Positions 1-12,039 of a DNA stretch of 40,802 nucleotides are shown here, piece by piece. Each line of letters begins with the position of its first letter. Position 1 is the first letter of the stretch. The stretch covers positions 1 to 40,802 of the forward strand of contig JAUGWO010000066.1 in assembly GCA_049724395.1 (NCBI GenBank), read 5' to 3'. The notes beneath the pieces were generated by a model. That model was not told where the DNA came from, searched no databases, and saw only the letters and a program-made list of their open reading frames with translations. The DNA comes from Spongospora subterranea f. sp. subterranea. Taxonomy: Eukaryota. A program made the position numbers and the translations under genes.

Positions 1-1100
1 GCAGGTGTCATCGGACGAACAGTCTGCGACGACTTCCACAATGTGTGCGGTCTTAATTAATTGCTGCACCGGTTTTACCCAAAAAGGACACCGGCCACCT
101 GAACGGTGATCCTTGGCGGTCAATCCGTGCTCTTTACAGGTTTTGCAGTGTCTTGCCTTCTTGGTTGAATGCCTAGTTTGTAGAGCTGACCGATTTACGA
201 GTTCGTCGTTCGATCGCCGCCCGCGCTTCTTGACACGTTTGGCAATCGGCGCTCGAATACTGGCAAAACCAGACGGCACCGCTTCGATAGATGATTCGAC
301 TGGCACTGGTTCTTTCGAGTCGATACATAGAGCGTTGAAGGCCATAATTGTCCGTTTGAATGCAGCGACACTGGTCTGCCCGAATTGAACGATTTCCTTG
401 GCGGCTTGCATTAAATGGCGGTAATGGAAGTTCACCTCGGGCACTGTGATTTGGGCATATGCGTCATCGTTGACAGACGGCACAACTGCCGACGTGCCTA
501 CATTGAAGATGGCGTTAGTCAGAGGCGATATGTTCGGGTTGACGCGGCAGTATGCAATTTGCCATTACGGGTGTTGATCAAGACGCCATCGGGGAGTCAG
601 ATACTTTACATCCATGGGATCGACGTTCATCGCAGAGCATACGGCAGCAATGTGTCGACATGGGATTCGACAACACGCAAAGTCAGGACACGAACATAAG
701 GGGATGACATCCATCGTCTTGATTAGGACACGGTGAGCGGTGGCCACATTGTCGGCAGAAGATACAGTGGAAACAACGTCCCATACACCTTCGTGTTCAT
801 CAATTGGAGTGCTGCAGTAGCGGAATTGCTGACCCCATAATTCAATGAAAAACGAGTTTTCGTGTCAAACTCGATCATGGTGCCGTTTTCCCTTGTCGTC
901 TCTTGAAAAGGTTTTGTAAACGCAGACCAGTTACCGGTAAAGGGTGCAATTGCCAGAACGGCGTTTAAGGGTTCCGTAAGATGCGGCGCGTTTGCGGAAC
1001 AAGGGGTATCAGGGATCGGCTGCACAATCGACGCCTGTTCTGCGTCATGTGCGGGTGGAGCTTCTGGGACACAGCTGCGTCATAGACTGGTAAAGTCTCC
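1..1100 (-). mobile_element. Mutator/FAR1-like transposase deletion derivative (SWIM finger + C-terminal zinc knuckle), pseudogenised, runs off window edge
   Basis: SWIM motif CSCPDFACCRIPCRHIAAV (565-747). After one in-frame TAA the frame continues to position 1 with KKRGRR and CKTCKEHG..DHRSGGRCP. No DDE core is seen between the N-terminal ORF (723-1025) and the SWIM motif. Confidence 0.75.
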
Positions 1101-1240
1101 GGGACAATCGGCAGTTTGGGACGAGATTCCGCAAGAATCCGAACATTTTATTTTTAAAGTTGATTTAACTGCGTCGTCTCGTGAGTGACCAACTGACCAA
1201 ACAGGAGCGCAACCTGACAACTAGTACAGTGCACCCTACT

Positions 1241-1275
1241 GGCGGACAGAATCCAGTCTGTCCGCCGGCGGACAG
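1241..1275. repeat. Interlocked hairpin/palindrome GGCGGACAGA-ATCCAG-TCTGTCCGCC-GGCGGACAG
   Basis: Perfect 10-bp stem (1241-1250/1257-1266) overlapping a perfect 18-bp palindrome (1258-1275), upstream of the Mutator relic. Confidence 0.85.
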
Positions 1276-1549
1276 CAAGATTCCCGAACTCTGCGTGCAT
1301 CATTTTTAGGTGGAAAATGGAATGGTGACGTGGGCGCAGCCTCTTTTCCCAACGCCGTCAGTATTTCGATGTCCGCTTCCGGCCGGCGAAGAAAAATGGC
1401 ACCTCATGATCGTCAAACGACGCCACACTCATTTTTTGTTGAATTGAGCGCTGTTTCACCCTAACAACCTCCTCTGGGCAATCAGGATCTCCTAAAATAT
1501 CAACATTAATTAAACAGCCAAAACAGCATTGGATGCAACCGGTTGGTTT

Positions 1550-2190
1550 TTAAGATTGACGCAAACTGTTGAAATTACGGCGCAAAAGACTCAATGTCTC
1601 GCGACTCGAAACTGTTATGGAGGCGTGTGTTGTAACCAGACTAAAGGTCTTCCCATTGTAATGCTTTGGCAGGAAGAAACTCTTCAACCAGAGTGAGCAA
1701 GCATATGACAAATTCATCGAAGGCCACAATTCCAGTTGTTGGTCATCCTCTTCATCGAGGTTGCTTTCCAGCTTCTTGATCAATTTCAATATCACGTGAT
1801 GAGGACCGATGAAGACTTCATCATGATACTTTCTTCGAGGATTTTTTGAAAATTCGTAGGGGTACCCCTCAATGAATACAACCTCTTGTTGGACTAAGCA
1901 ATTCACCGCATTGAGGATGTGAAAGGGCACAAAGTGAAAAAAAATAGGCGGAGCAGTAGGCCAATCAATATACCGTTCTTGAGTCAGTTGAATGACTTCT
2001 GTCAAATCACCATGTCACTAATTAAAATCTTTTATCAAAACAGACCCGCATTTACCTTCGTCATCATCTGCTTTACGATAATAATTTCCCCAAACACAGG
2101 GATGCCTTGCCGGTCTCATCTCGTTCAACTTATTTCATTCGATTAGATCAATGATCCCGTATTCCCCATCGTCGATGTCAATCGCTGCAA
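1550..2190 (-). pseudogene. Unknown coding remnant
   Basis: 151-aa ORF preceded by a plausible GTAAAT..GACAG intron and an upstream exon containing stops. No recognisable domain. Confidence 0.3.
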
Positions 2191-2360
2191 AATGTCAATG
2201 ACTCAAGCGTTGAATGGACGAATGACCACTGACGTGGTTGAATTTCGTGTGAAACTGAACGTTCATTGTTCTCAACAGGAAGATTAAGCACGGTGTAATC
2301 CTCTGAACGATGCCCAACAGAACATGTGGATGCGAGAACCACCGTTGTTATCTCTGCTGT

Positions 2361-4129
2361 CTAAAAGTCGGTTGTTCCAGCAATTACAGGAAGAGTCGGC
2401 TCATCAAACAGCGGGGTAAAAACATCGCGATCGTGATAGGCTTCAACAGGTTGCTGATAATCTTGATTTTGCTCCTCAAGCGCATTATCAAACAGGCAAT
2501 TGACTGGATAGATGGCGTTGACGGCAGACTGATTTCCGGTACCTAGACATAAAAAATCAAGCGAGAAGGCAATGTATAAATAATTTGAATTACTGATAAG
2601 ATACGCTATATATGGTTCAGGGATCAGGTCCGACGACGCTATCACAGCAGGAGCGTGGTTGGGCGGTACGCTTGTACCGATATCGCATTCATGTTGAAAC
2701 CTCACAAAACTCTCAGCTTCATCTCGCAACTTGGGAACGAATACATTAAGGTTCGGATGAGCAGTGGGAAAATAATTGTTGAAGCTGCTGTTGTAAGATT
2801 CTAAAGGATTATTCGCACGGTTTACAATTAGCTCTCCTCGACTGATTTGTCGGCTAATGTTCCAGTCGTTGGGTTTGAACAAATTCACCCTAGTTTTGCG
2901 AAAATAATCAAAAAAACTTGATAATACAGATTGCTGCGTTTTGTGATATGAAGGCGATGCTTGTAGGATCGATGCAATGAACCCAAAACCCTCATTACAG
3001 ATTTGTGAATGTGGCACTACAGTTAAAACATCCAGGGCACCGGGTCGCATCATTGCGCCGATCAATTGATTGTCCAGACCCAAGTTAACTAGTTTTCTTT
3101 TATTAGCCTGTTTGAAATGAAACAGACAACCCGTTACTGAGGGCAACCCAGGAAATGCACCTGTAGTGATTTTTCAATCTTAAGCCTAGACATGATGGCA
3201 CATGTGGACACAACCTTTGATTGCGTTTACTAACGCCATTTCGAAGTCGCAACACACGCTAGCAGGTGATATTGTGCCGACTCGTAGAATCATGACCCCA
3301 AGTGCAAAACTATAAAGGGGTTTGAATTTGCTAGTCATCAGTATATAGAAGGCTGGAATATAGGAATCATAATCCGTATCTTTCACCATAATGATCAGTA
3401 ACTGCGAAAACGGTTTCGGTACCATCCGATATGTTGCATCAATAAACAAAAGACTTCGCGACACCTTAGTAGTTTGTAAAGTGCTGGATGATCCCATCCA
3501 CAGACTCTATGGAGTGTGGTTTTCTCCAAAAACGGGCTTGAGAACCCTAAAAATGAATTGAGACGGTCAGTCGTCAGAGAAAGTTCAGGCTCCTCGATGG
3601 ATCGAAAGTTGTCAGCAGAGCGCCCACCGGTCCTTGTAAATTGATTGGACTCTGTTGATAACTGCAGACTTTGTCATAATTTGCACTTGATTATTTGGAT
3701 AACTTGCTGAGATTAGCCTGTTGGATTCTGTCCAGATTTATTGAGCTGGTTTGGAGCGATCCTCAACAGCGAGACGATCGACGATTTGCTTCATCTGTTG
3801 AGACCCACAACCATATAAGCCATCTGACGATATACATAAGCCACACTCATTACTTCGCCCCTTCCGTCTAAAAGCCCATCAACGGCCGCATATTCGCCCA
3901 GACTTTGGCACGTGTGAGGGATCAGCTCAACTGTAACGCCGGCAGCAGAAGTTTCTGCAGTGCCCCGACAAGAAGTCGGTCGTAATTTGCTTGCTCTATA
4001 ATGTAAACAGCGATAATGAACGCTTCCATCTTCAAGTGAACGATGGAAAATGAAATTTCTCGAGTTGAAAAAAATGCCGTTGCTGTTCGGTGCTGGTGCT
4101 GGATTCATTTTAGAAGCTGGTGTATCCAT
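2361..4129 (-). mobile_element. FLYWCH-type Mutator (MULE) transposase pseudogene with introns
   Basis: FLYWCH-like YRCLHYR..CRG..HTC; MULE core FIDATY, CCDFEMAL, GCLFHF (CxxH), NNPLESYN. A 54-nt intron at 3161-3214 joins AIKG-AFPGLPSVTGCLFH. Stops and frameshifts at 3500-3790. Confidence 0.9.
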
Positions 4130-4149
4130 GGATGACTGTGTGTCAGTGC

Positions 4150-4220
4150 GGGTTCAAAAAGGTTCAGTGTTAAAAAAGGTTCAGTGTTAAAAAAGGTTCA
4201 GGGTTCAAAAAGGTTCAAAA
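4150..4220. repeat. Short tandem array of GGTTCA-containing units (subterminal repeat of the FLYWCH MULE)
   Basis: Six GGTTCA motifs in 10-17 bp units immediately 5' of the transposase start. Confidence 0.75.
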
Positions 4221-4295
4221 TTGAGTCTATCCCATGAAAACGATGAGCGGATCACAGTCGAATCACTGCCGTTTGCAGAGCACGACTAAAGCACG

Positions 4296-7200
4296 TCACC
4301 CGATATCCAGTATAATGGTCACACTCACATCATGTATCAAGGAGGTTGCGCACGACATTCGAACTTGGTGCGACACCGCCTGAATAAAGCAGAATAAACA
4401 GAGCAGGATGTGGCCAGTTGAAATTCTCGAACTTCTTCTAAATTTTTTACACGCTGTCGCACCAAGTTCGGATATCATGGGCGAAGACTTCATATATGAT
4501 GTGTCAATTGTGCCCGGTGATACTTTAATATCGGGTACGCCTCTGCTAACTGTGCCATTGATTACCGATTCGATCATCGCACAGGCATGGATTAAATTTT
4601 AACAAGATGTCCATTCTGTCTTTCCGAGAGATCTTCGCCACAAATGGCCGATACTTCCCATATTCGCCATCTTGTTTGAACAGTCGCCCAGGCCTAATAT
4701 TCTCCTGTCGCTCAGGTTCTGTAGGACGGAACCATCGCTGCTGCAACGGCTTGAACTTTTGAGCGCCTGTAATCGCTCCAGATACACACGAGCTTTGATG
4801 ATCCAGACACTGCAATGCTTTTACTACGTACGTTGCCTGCAGACTATCCACATTCACGGACGAGCTTGTGCTTGAAGTTTTTACGAAACTCGGCAAAGCC
4901 ATTCCCGCAAACTAGAGTAAATATTTGGTATAAAGGTAGATCGTCATGCATACACCAGCTGACAGCGATGAATTGAGTATAGCATCTAATGACTCGCTGT
5001 GGAAATTGCATCATCCACGTCAATATCTTGGGTGATGTTAAGTACTTTTCGAACGCGCGCCGCGAGCGATTTTACAACTGCATCGTTTTCAACTGCATAA
5101 GTGGGGTATTCATCCGCTTTTTCGATGTTGCCGGTCTTTGATTCGGACGCAGCCAAATATGATGACTGTGGCAAGTTGCCGAACTCCAATGCGAATGTAG
5201 AGATGCTCGTTTCATGAACATGAAAGCCTTCGAGAAGACAACGCATATATTGCGTTGTCTCGTTGACAACTGGGCAATTCAGTTCGAACAACCGATGCGC
5301 CGGTAATGCAGTTCTCTGACCAATCCTTACGCCTGGTCAATCGGATGTCCTTACAGGTTAAATCTTTTGAGCCTGATTGGACTGAGCCTTCCAGAGTCAA
5401 GGAAATCTCGAATCCCTGACACAGATAACCCTTGGCATTTCGCTCACCTATAGCTAAAGAAGAGCGGAACGCTGCATCGATGAACTCTTCGGATTTGTCC
5501 TGGAGTTGGACAAAATCGCGTTCAGTGAACTCGAGATTACACTGGCGAATCACGCTGAAAATGTGTTCACAGGCTTCTTCTGTGCCACGGCGCTGAGGGA
5601 TAACATTGGATCTATCAAAAACGAATATCGATCCGATGACATGATGGGCCAGATTCCGCAATGTCGTCATGTGAAGCACGCGAATGAAAAATATGGTGAG
5701 CACTATGGCGCGGCGTTGGTGTGTGTCGGCAGATTGACACGACATTGTGGTCATCACTGTAAACGGACTGATTGAAGAGCCAGAATCTTTAACCTTACGT
5801 GCGGTAGTGCTTGAGCACAAATCAAGAACAAGGGAGTCCGATTCAATATCGGATACATGGACAAGCTCACGTTCGACACCTGCAGAACATCCATCGTGGC
5901 TTAGTGGTCTAGTGGCATGATTTCCCGTTTGGGTCGGGAAGGTCCCGGTTTCGATTACCGGCTGAGCCCATTTTTCCTCTTTTTGAGGAATTTGAAAGGA
6001 CGCGATGGATACTGACAGGTTGGCAACGTTTTGCCAAAAACTAGCCTTTCGATAGTGGGGCAATTGTTCTGCTATAAGCGCATCTAAACTCTTTCTCCCA
6101 AAAAAATCTTGTCGAATCTGAATTGCTCTCAAAAGCAACCTAGAATTCATTAAACCATTCCCCGGTTCCTCTGTAACCTTCTTAATCTCAAAACTCGCAA
6201 TCTGATTTGGCCACAGCGCCATCACGCCCAACGTTTTCTATCGTCAATACAGATCTGATCAGTGCCGTTTCTCTCCCATCGAATGTTCCACTCTGTTCAT
6301 ACCTGCCGCGTTTCAGTTTAACAAACCAACCACGTCGATCAACATTCATGAAGAACGGCACCATTGTGTCTAGTTCAGGAGGCTGAATTTGAAATCAGAT
6401 TGAGAGAAGCAGAAAGTTGGTCATTTGTTCACAGAAACGGTTTTCTTTTGAAGCTCTCTGTTAATTTAAGAGGTTGGTCCTGGCAAATCATCATCACCGT
6501 CGGTTGATATCGACAACGCGAAGTGTCGCCATGATCATAAGTTGCAAGGTCCACTGATGTTCATGCGGATATTGTCGATAAATGTCATCCGTTCCGAGAG
6601 GTGCTGCGAGGAAAGAATATCGGGGGCCATTGGCTGGTGATGTCAACTATTGAATGATCAATTGCAGTCACGCTGGTTATCAAAGCAAATCGCTTGGTTT
6701 TGATCTCATCTTTTCAAATTTTGCTTTCTTTATTGAAATCAAACGGTACTTACTACCTTGGAATGAAATTGTGGCGACCAGGAACGGTCTTTGATAACCT
6801 GTGGGCTGTGTTAAATTGATAGAGAGAAGCACTTTGGCTGACGAAGTAGAATGATTGGACAATTGTGATCTGAAATTTCTCCCTTCGGAGGTGACAACGA
6901 TTTGAGTAGGTCAAGAATATGGCGATTTCAATCTCACCTGACCAAGTCACCCACCATCGCGTTTGATTTAGCCAAAAACGAGCAGAAATTGTAATCGAGC
7001 GCAAACTTGTCGAGGATCGTTTTGTCAACATGCGATCATTGATTCGGAAACACATCACGACTCGTCGAAACCATTTAAGGTCTTGGTTGGCGAAAACGTC
7101 ACAATATGCTGCTGAGCAAGCAGCGACCAACTCTATGATGTTCAACAGGTTCTTCCAAACCTACGATGTAGTGGATGTGATGCCACATCAGCTTCGAATT

Positions 7201-8373
7201 GCAGAAACAAAATATAGCCATGAATGAAAAAGTCATTCTGTTCTACATCAGTCAAATCAGAAACCTTCAGGACGCGAAATGAATTGGTCGTCAACTGGAA
7301 AACAATATGAACGGTAATTGACAAAGGTTCGAACCCTGGTGTCATGAGCTAGTAAAAGGGGTAGCTAATCTGATAATGTATGGACATTTGGAATGATGTG
7401 TAAAATTGTACTGACATTTTAATATTCCCACCGAGGAGTCCAGTTTGTCGAATGGCGTGATATGATTGGCGCAATCATGGGGGTCATGATGGAACCCCCA
7501 CATCTCTTGAATCCTGGCCTCGCGTGAAATCTGATGGTTTGCAATTCTATTGTTATTTTTTCAAACCATGGTGTCAAATTCTTGCCGACAGAGAGTTTCT
7601 CAATTTTTGTCAAGAGGGGCCACCCATGTCAGTTGAATGACGTGAAATAAATCACCAGGGGGATGGGAATCAATTCGTGGTCTTTGTCCATGTTTTCCTC
7701 GGTCAATCTTGACCAGAACAACAGACCGAAAACTCCTGGACTGATTGTAACCATCGAGATGTAAGCCAATAATCTTTGACAATGACAAACATCGTGACGA
7801 ATCTAGGGATTCAGTCCGAAACACTGTCAACAATTCGGTGCAAAATGTGGTCTCGAAACTTCAGGTGATTAATGTTGATTTTCGTCTTGATGCGAGTTGC
7901 CCCATGTTTATCCACTTTTTTACCAGATGAATCGTCCCGAATTCATTCAGCCGCATCATCAGAGATATTTTTTGGCAACGGCATTGAATGACAAAGTAAA
8001 GGAATAAAATGCGGGAAAGTGATGATTGTCGACCTTCTCCTTATCTATAGTATCAATGAGCACCTCCTAGGTTGTTTCTTATTTAGCAAATCATCAAATA
8101 GATGTTCGAATCTGCATATCTTATCCCAGCTGATTGTCGGATCACCCTGGATGGCAATGTGAGTCGTTGTGAGGACCTCAGCACCTGACTCAAAACAAAA
8201 TGTCCATTGTACCACCAAAGCTGGTTCAGCTTCAGCTTTATGGCTTTCATCAAGTCAGCGAATAGTTTCTGCTCAAAAAGTATTGAAGTTTTATTGACCT
8301 TGGCAGGCAACATCGTGCCGCTGTTCGGGCAAACAAAAAAAATCAGCTTTTGGATGGATCTAGCAGGCTCCAA
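4296..8373 (-). pseudogene. Long degenerate coding region of unknown family
   Basis: Chain of minus-strand ORFs (largest 339 aa, 5212-6231) linked by frameshifts and stops. No family recognised. Confidence 0.35.
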
Positions 8374-8572
8374 TTATCTGGAGCGTTGACATGAACATTG
8401 GAAGGAACGTCGATTGCATTTCAGGTCCTTTTTACATCTGTACTGGCATTCTGATTGCTAACGAGAGCGGTAAGCGATGTGCGAAAAAATAAAAACGGCA
8501 ACAATGTTTATAGGATAAGTGAAAGAGATTGGAATAATTATCGAAATGTCGTGAGCAATCGCGCAGGGAATA

Positions 8573-9592
8573 TCATTCTGGGGCGGCTTCGGCCGATGGA
8601 TGATGCTTCAAGAGATGATTATCGCGGGTCTTCTTCGTGCTGAACTTATTACTGCAGAGATGGCAGCACACCTGGTTGTGCAACTTCTTGTGGCTTTTCA
8701 GTGCCTTCCTGGCAATGGCGAGTTCACAGACCGGGCAGTTGACAATCTCGTCCCAATCTATCTCCCGTTTCGCCTCGACCTTCGGCTTGATTTCGGGCTC
8801 CTCTGGCGCCACCGTCTTCTTGCTCTTCTTCGGCTTCGGCTCATCAACTGTAGCCGCTTCAGGTTCCTCGTCAATCACAGCTGCTCTGGGAGATTCTACT
8901 GTTTCTGGCAATTCTACTGCTTTCGGCACCTCTACCTCATCTGGCTTGACAGCTTCGTTTTCAGCGTTTTTTGACAATTCGGAATCGTTTTTCTTCGACT
9001 TCTTCTTCTTCGGCTTTAAGGCCTGGGACTCCTTCACATTTCCAGAAGTCTGCTCTGTTCCTTCATCAATTTTCTTTGACCTTTTATGCGACTTTTTTGG
9101 CTCTGGCGCAACCTCTTTCGTCAAAGTCTGATGGGCAACAATCGTTGGCACCACCGGTTCATCCACTGTTTTATCGATCGCCAAGTTAGCGGTGGCCACC
9201 TCACCACAGAAGGGTTGTTCAGCGGGTGTCGAAGGGATGATTACAGATACAGGGGATCCGCCGGCGGCAACATGAACCGGTTGCTCGACTGGTTCTTTGG
9301 CCGTTGGCGAAGACGAAAAACCGAACGGTTCCTCATCGGCGCACACAACGAACACGCGATCACGATCTTCGAAAACATCAGCAATTGTGTCATCGGCGTC
9401 GATATCAAATCCGTCGGCGCACTGCAGACGGCAGTGTTCAAACCCCGGCTGATCATCGCTGTAGAGTTTGACGAATTTTAGTGCGATCCGTTTGAGCAAG
9501 TCCCCAACAGAGTCGGAGGGACGTGCCAACTGCATGAACTTGCGCTGTCGGCAATGGACAAACAGCCGCATATAGGATCGATCTGTCGCCAT
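8573..9592 (-). CDS. Protein with Net1/Dnt1-like N-terminal domain, K/E-rich linker and two C-terminal C2H2 zinc fingers
   Basis: KFMQLARPSDSVGDL..IALKFVKLY..LQCADGFDIDADDTIADVFEDRDRVFVV resembles the Net1/Dnt1 (Cdc14-binding) N-terminus. Fingers are CPVC..H..H and CHLC..H..HH. Likely ATG at 9592 (MATDRSYMRLFV). Confidence 0.7.
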   Translation of the reverse strand: MATDRSYMRLFVHCRQRKFMQLARPSDSVGDLLKRIALKFVKLYSDDQPGFEHCRLQCADGFDIDADDTIADVFEDRDRVFVVCADEEPFGFSSSPTAKEPVEQPVHVAAGGSPVSVIIPSTPAEQPFCGEVATANLAIDKTVDEPVVPTIVAHQTLTKEVAPEPKKSHKRSKKIDEGTEQTSGNVKESQALKPKKKKSKKNDSELSKNAENEAVKPDEVEVPKAVELPETVESPRAAVIDEEPEAATVDEPKPKKSKKTVAPEEPEIKPKVEAKREIDWDEIVNCPVCELAIARKALKSHKKLHNQVCCHLCSNKFSTKKTRDNHLLKHHPSAEAAPE

Positions 9593-10621
9593 GTGATTTG
9601 GATGTGTCTCGCGGGTTCCGACGTCGGTCGTTGCGCCCAGTTCCGGGATTGGCCACGCGAAGTCTGGGAGCGGCGTGACCTTCTCGGTCAACATGAAAAG
9701 TCCGCGACGGACTTGTTTTACCTGTGTCCGGCCTCTTGACAGTGGATGTCACTTGACTGGTGGCCAAGTCGGAGCCTTCATCTTCCCTTGTCTCGAACCC
9801 AGGCAGCTCGTTATGTGTTTGGCGACGACAAATTTACTCAAGTTCCCAACAATACCTCTGTACGAGGAACTCCCGATGGCGGTTGTTGAAGGAGCTGGGC
9901 CTGAAAAGGTACCACAACCGCCACCGTCCGCTCCCCATACAAAGGTGTCATCTCCCCTGTGCGGAGACCGAAATGTAGTGTCCACGATATCGTGATCGGT
10001 GTAGTTGTCACAAAAATTGTCACAAATGGAACACGATCACAGCAACCCTGCTCTGCAATTGACCGCCTTCGCCTGGGCTGTCAGCTGCTCTGTTTGACCC
10101 GGTTTTTTGGGCCATGGCACCCTCAGTTTTTCCGACGTTTATCTGCTAGCTTTTAGTCGTCACTATCATCTCTGACGCTACCATGCCCAGCAAGGAGTGC
10201 TCATGCTCAACAGGTTTTCTAAATCAAGCAATTGTTTATCTGACCTCGTTGGACCTGAATGTGTTGACACAGCCCCATCTTCTTCTCCGGTTGGAAAATT
10301 ATCCGACGCCCGGAATCACCGAACCGGCCGCAAATTGCCGGCTGTGCACAAATTTTCCGTAGAAGTTCTAGGTGAGCTTTGACCGTTTGCACACCCAGAA
10401 ATACTCGTACATTGGGGCTGCTTTGAGTCTCCTTCTGAGACATTATCGGTTCGTCAAAATCTGCCAACTCCTACAGATATGTTCCTGATCTCTTCACGAT
10501 TGAGTTGACTTTGACTGACAGTTTATTTTGTTCCTCGATTTCATAGCTTTCGCTCGATATCACACCTGTCTGAACCCAATTTGATTCCCCAAACAAATCG
10601 CATTTCTTCACGCTTGATAGT

Positions 10622-11252
10622 TTACGCAAACATCGCCTTGAACTCGTTAAAGTCGATGGTCTGGCCATTGTTTCCTGGGCTCGCCTGATTCAGCAGTTCG
10701 TCGATCTTGATAGTCAGACCGAAGTCGTTGCAGACGATCTTCTTGAGTTTTGCGTACTCGATTGTCCCCGTCTTATCGGCGGCGCCACCCAGAGCCCGGA
10801 ACGCCTCAACGATATCCGAGTCGTCGGACACTTTCGACGCCGACGTCTTTTGCGATTGAATAACCTTTAGAAATTCGGGAAAATCGATTGACCTGATATG
10901 ATGGGTCGTCAGAAACTGACGATTTCCGAAATTTTCATCGAATTGGTGTGCAAAGGCTCAAGTCGTAAAATGAATGTGGTCGATGGGCGTTTTGGAAAAA
11001 CATTACCCGCTCATATCTTCATCGACCATTGATATCATGGCAAAAACCGCCTCTAAACATGGCGCGATGTAAAAATCGGTAAATGGAAGATGGATCCGGG
11101 GTGGTGGCACCTTGCGTTGGCTTTTGGCGCAACGATGTCTCCAGCGCCTGGGAGAGCTCCCAGACGTCGATCGTGCCGCTATTGTCCTTGTCGAACATGC
11201 GGAAGGCGTCCCGACACCGCTTGATCTCCATCTCCGACATCTCGTTGGCCAT
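10622..11252 (-). CDS. EF-hand outer-arm dynein 18 kDa light chain (LC4-like), 3 exons
   Basis: Exons 11252-11111, 11052-11007 and 10892-10622 with GT-AG introns of 58 and 114 nt. EF hands DKDNSGTIDVWE and DEDMSGSIDFPE, plus the LC4-like motif AFRALGGAADKTG..FGLTI. Confidence 0.88.
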
Positions 11253-11461
11253 CGCCCTGGTGTGGCGCTACACCAGCACTTGACGCGATTGATCAACTCT
11301 ACTGATTGTCACAGGACGCTATTTCGATCCCATATCGATGATCCTGTGATCATTCTAAAACAGATTGAAAACAAGGACGAACGCAAAAATCAAACTCATT
11401 ACAAAAAGAGCAGAGGATTAAGAAGAAAGAAAAAACCTGGGCGAAGGCGATTGAAGGGAGA

Positions 11462-11830
11462 TTAAAATTCGTAATAAGGTACAACCGATCTGCAGGGGCG
11501 GTCGGTCAGGCACGGGTGAACGTCATCAGATACTGTTCTACGACCTGATTGACGCGTTCGGTCTGTTCCGTTGGCTTGTGGGTGTCTTGCACTGGATAAC
11601 TTGCGGTCGATCTGCAGCCTGCTGAGAAGAACCTTCCTGAACCCTGCCACCATCTGTGGATTTCGATGAGATATGATTTCATCGGGGAGGCAGTGTAGGC
11701 GGAAACACGTTTCGAACATTAATTGAGCCAGTTCCGGTGATGTAATGGACTCATAACATGGAATGAAATGGGTCTTAGACAGCCGATCGACAGCAACTAA
11801 AATAGAGTTAAACCAATTAGAGTCTGATAA
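11462..11830 (-). mobile_element. Ty3/gypsy integrase fragment
   Basis: KTHFIPC.., FRLHCLPDEIIS, LSSARHPQANG (integrase core motifs), degenerate. Confidence 0.8.
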
Positions 11831-12039
11831 CTTAACAATACAATCGAGGCGGAAGGTGACTTGAGTTGCTGTTTTAGTGCGCTAACAAGGATCGGAAAAC
11901 GTTTTGGCGGTTTTGCCATCTCCGTAGGCAGAGGATAATCTTTTCATTTATATCTGACATCATCGGAAAATGCCCCTCACGTTTGTCGTAGTCCCAGTAA
12001 GAATAAATCTTCGCTGTGGCACGAGCGCCTGAGGTTCCG

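Noticed and set aside
4150..4220. CRISPR array or telomeric repeat
   Set aside because: Units are short and irregular with no unique spacers; the context is a eukaryotic transposon end.
8600..9481. Plus-strand ORFs of 124-164 aa
   Set aside because: Antisense shadows of the real minus-strand gene.
9675..10470. Possible plus-strand gene between the zinc-finger gene and LC4
   Set aside because: Could not assemble a convincing spliced frame or recognise a domain.
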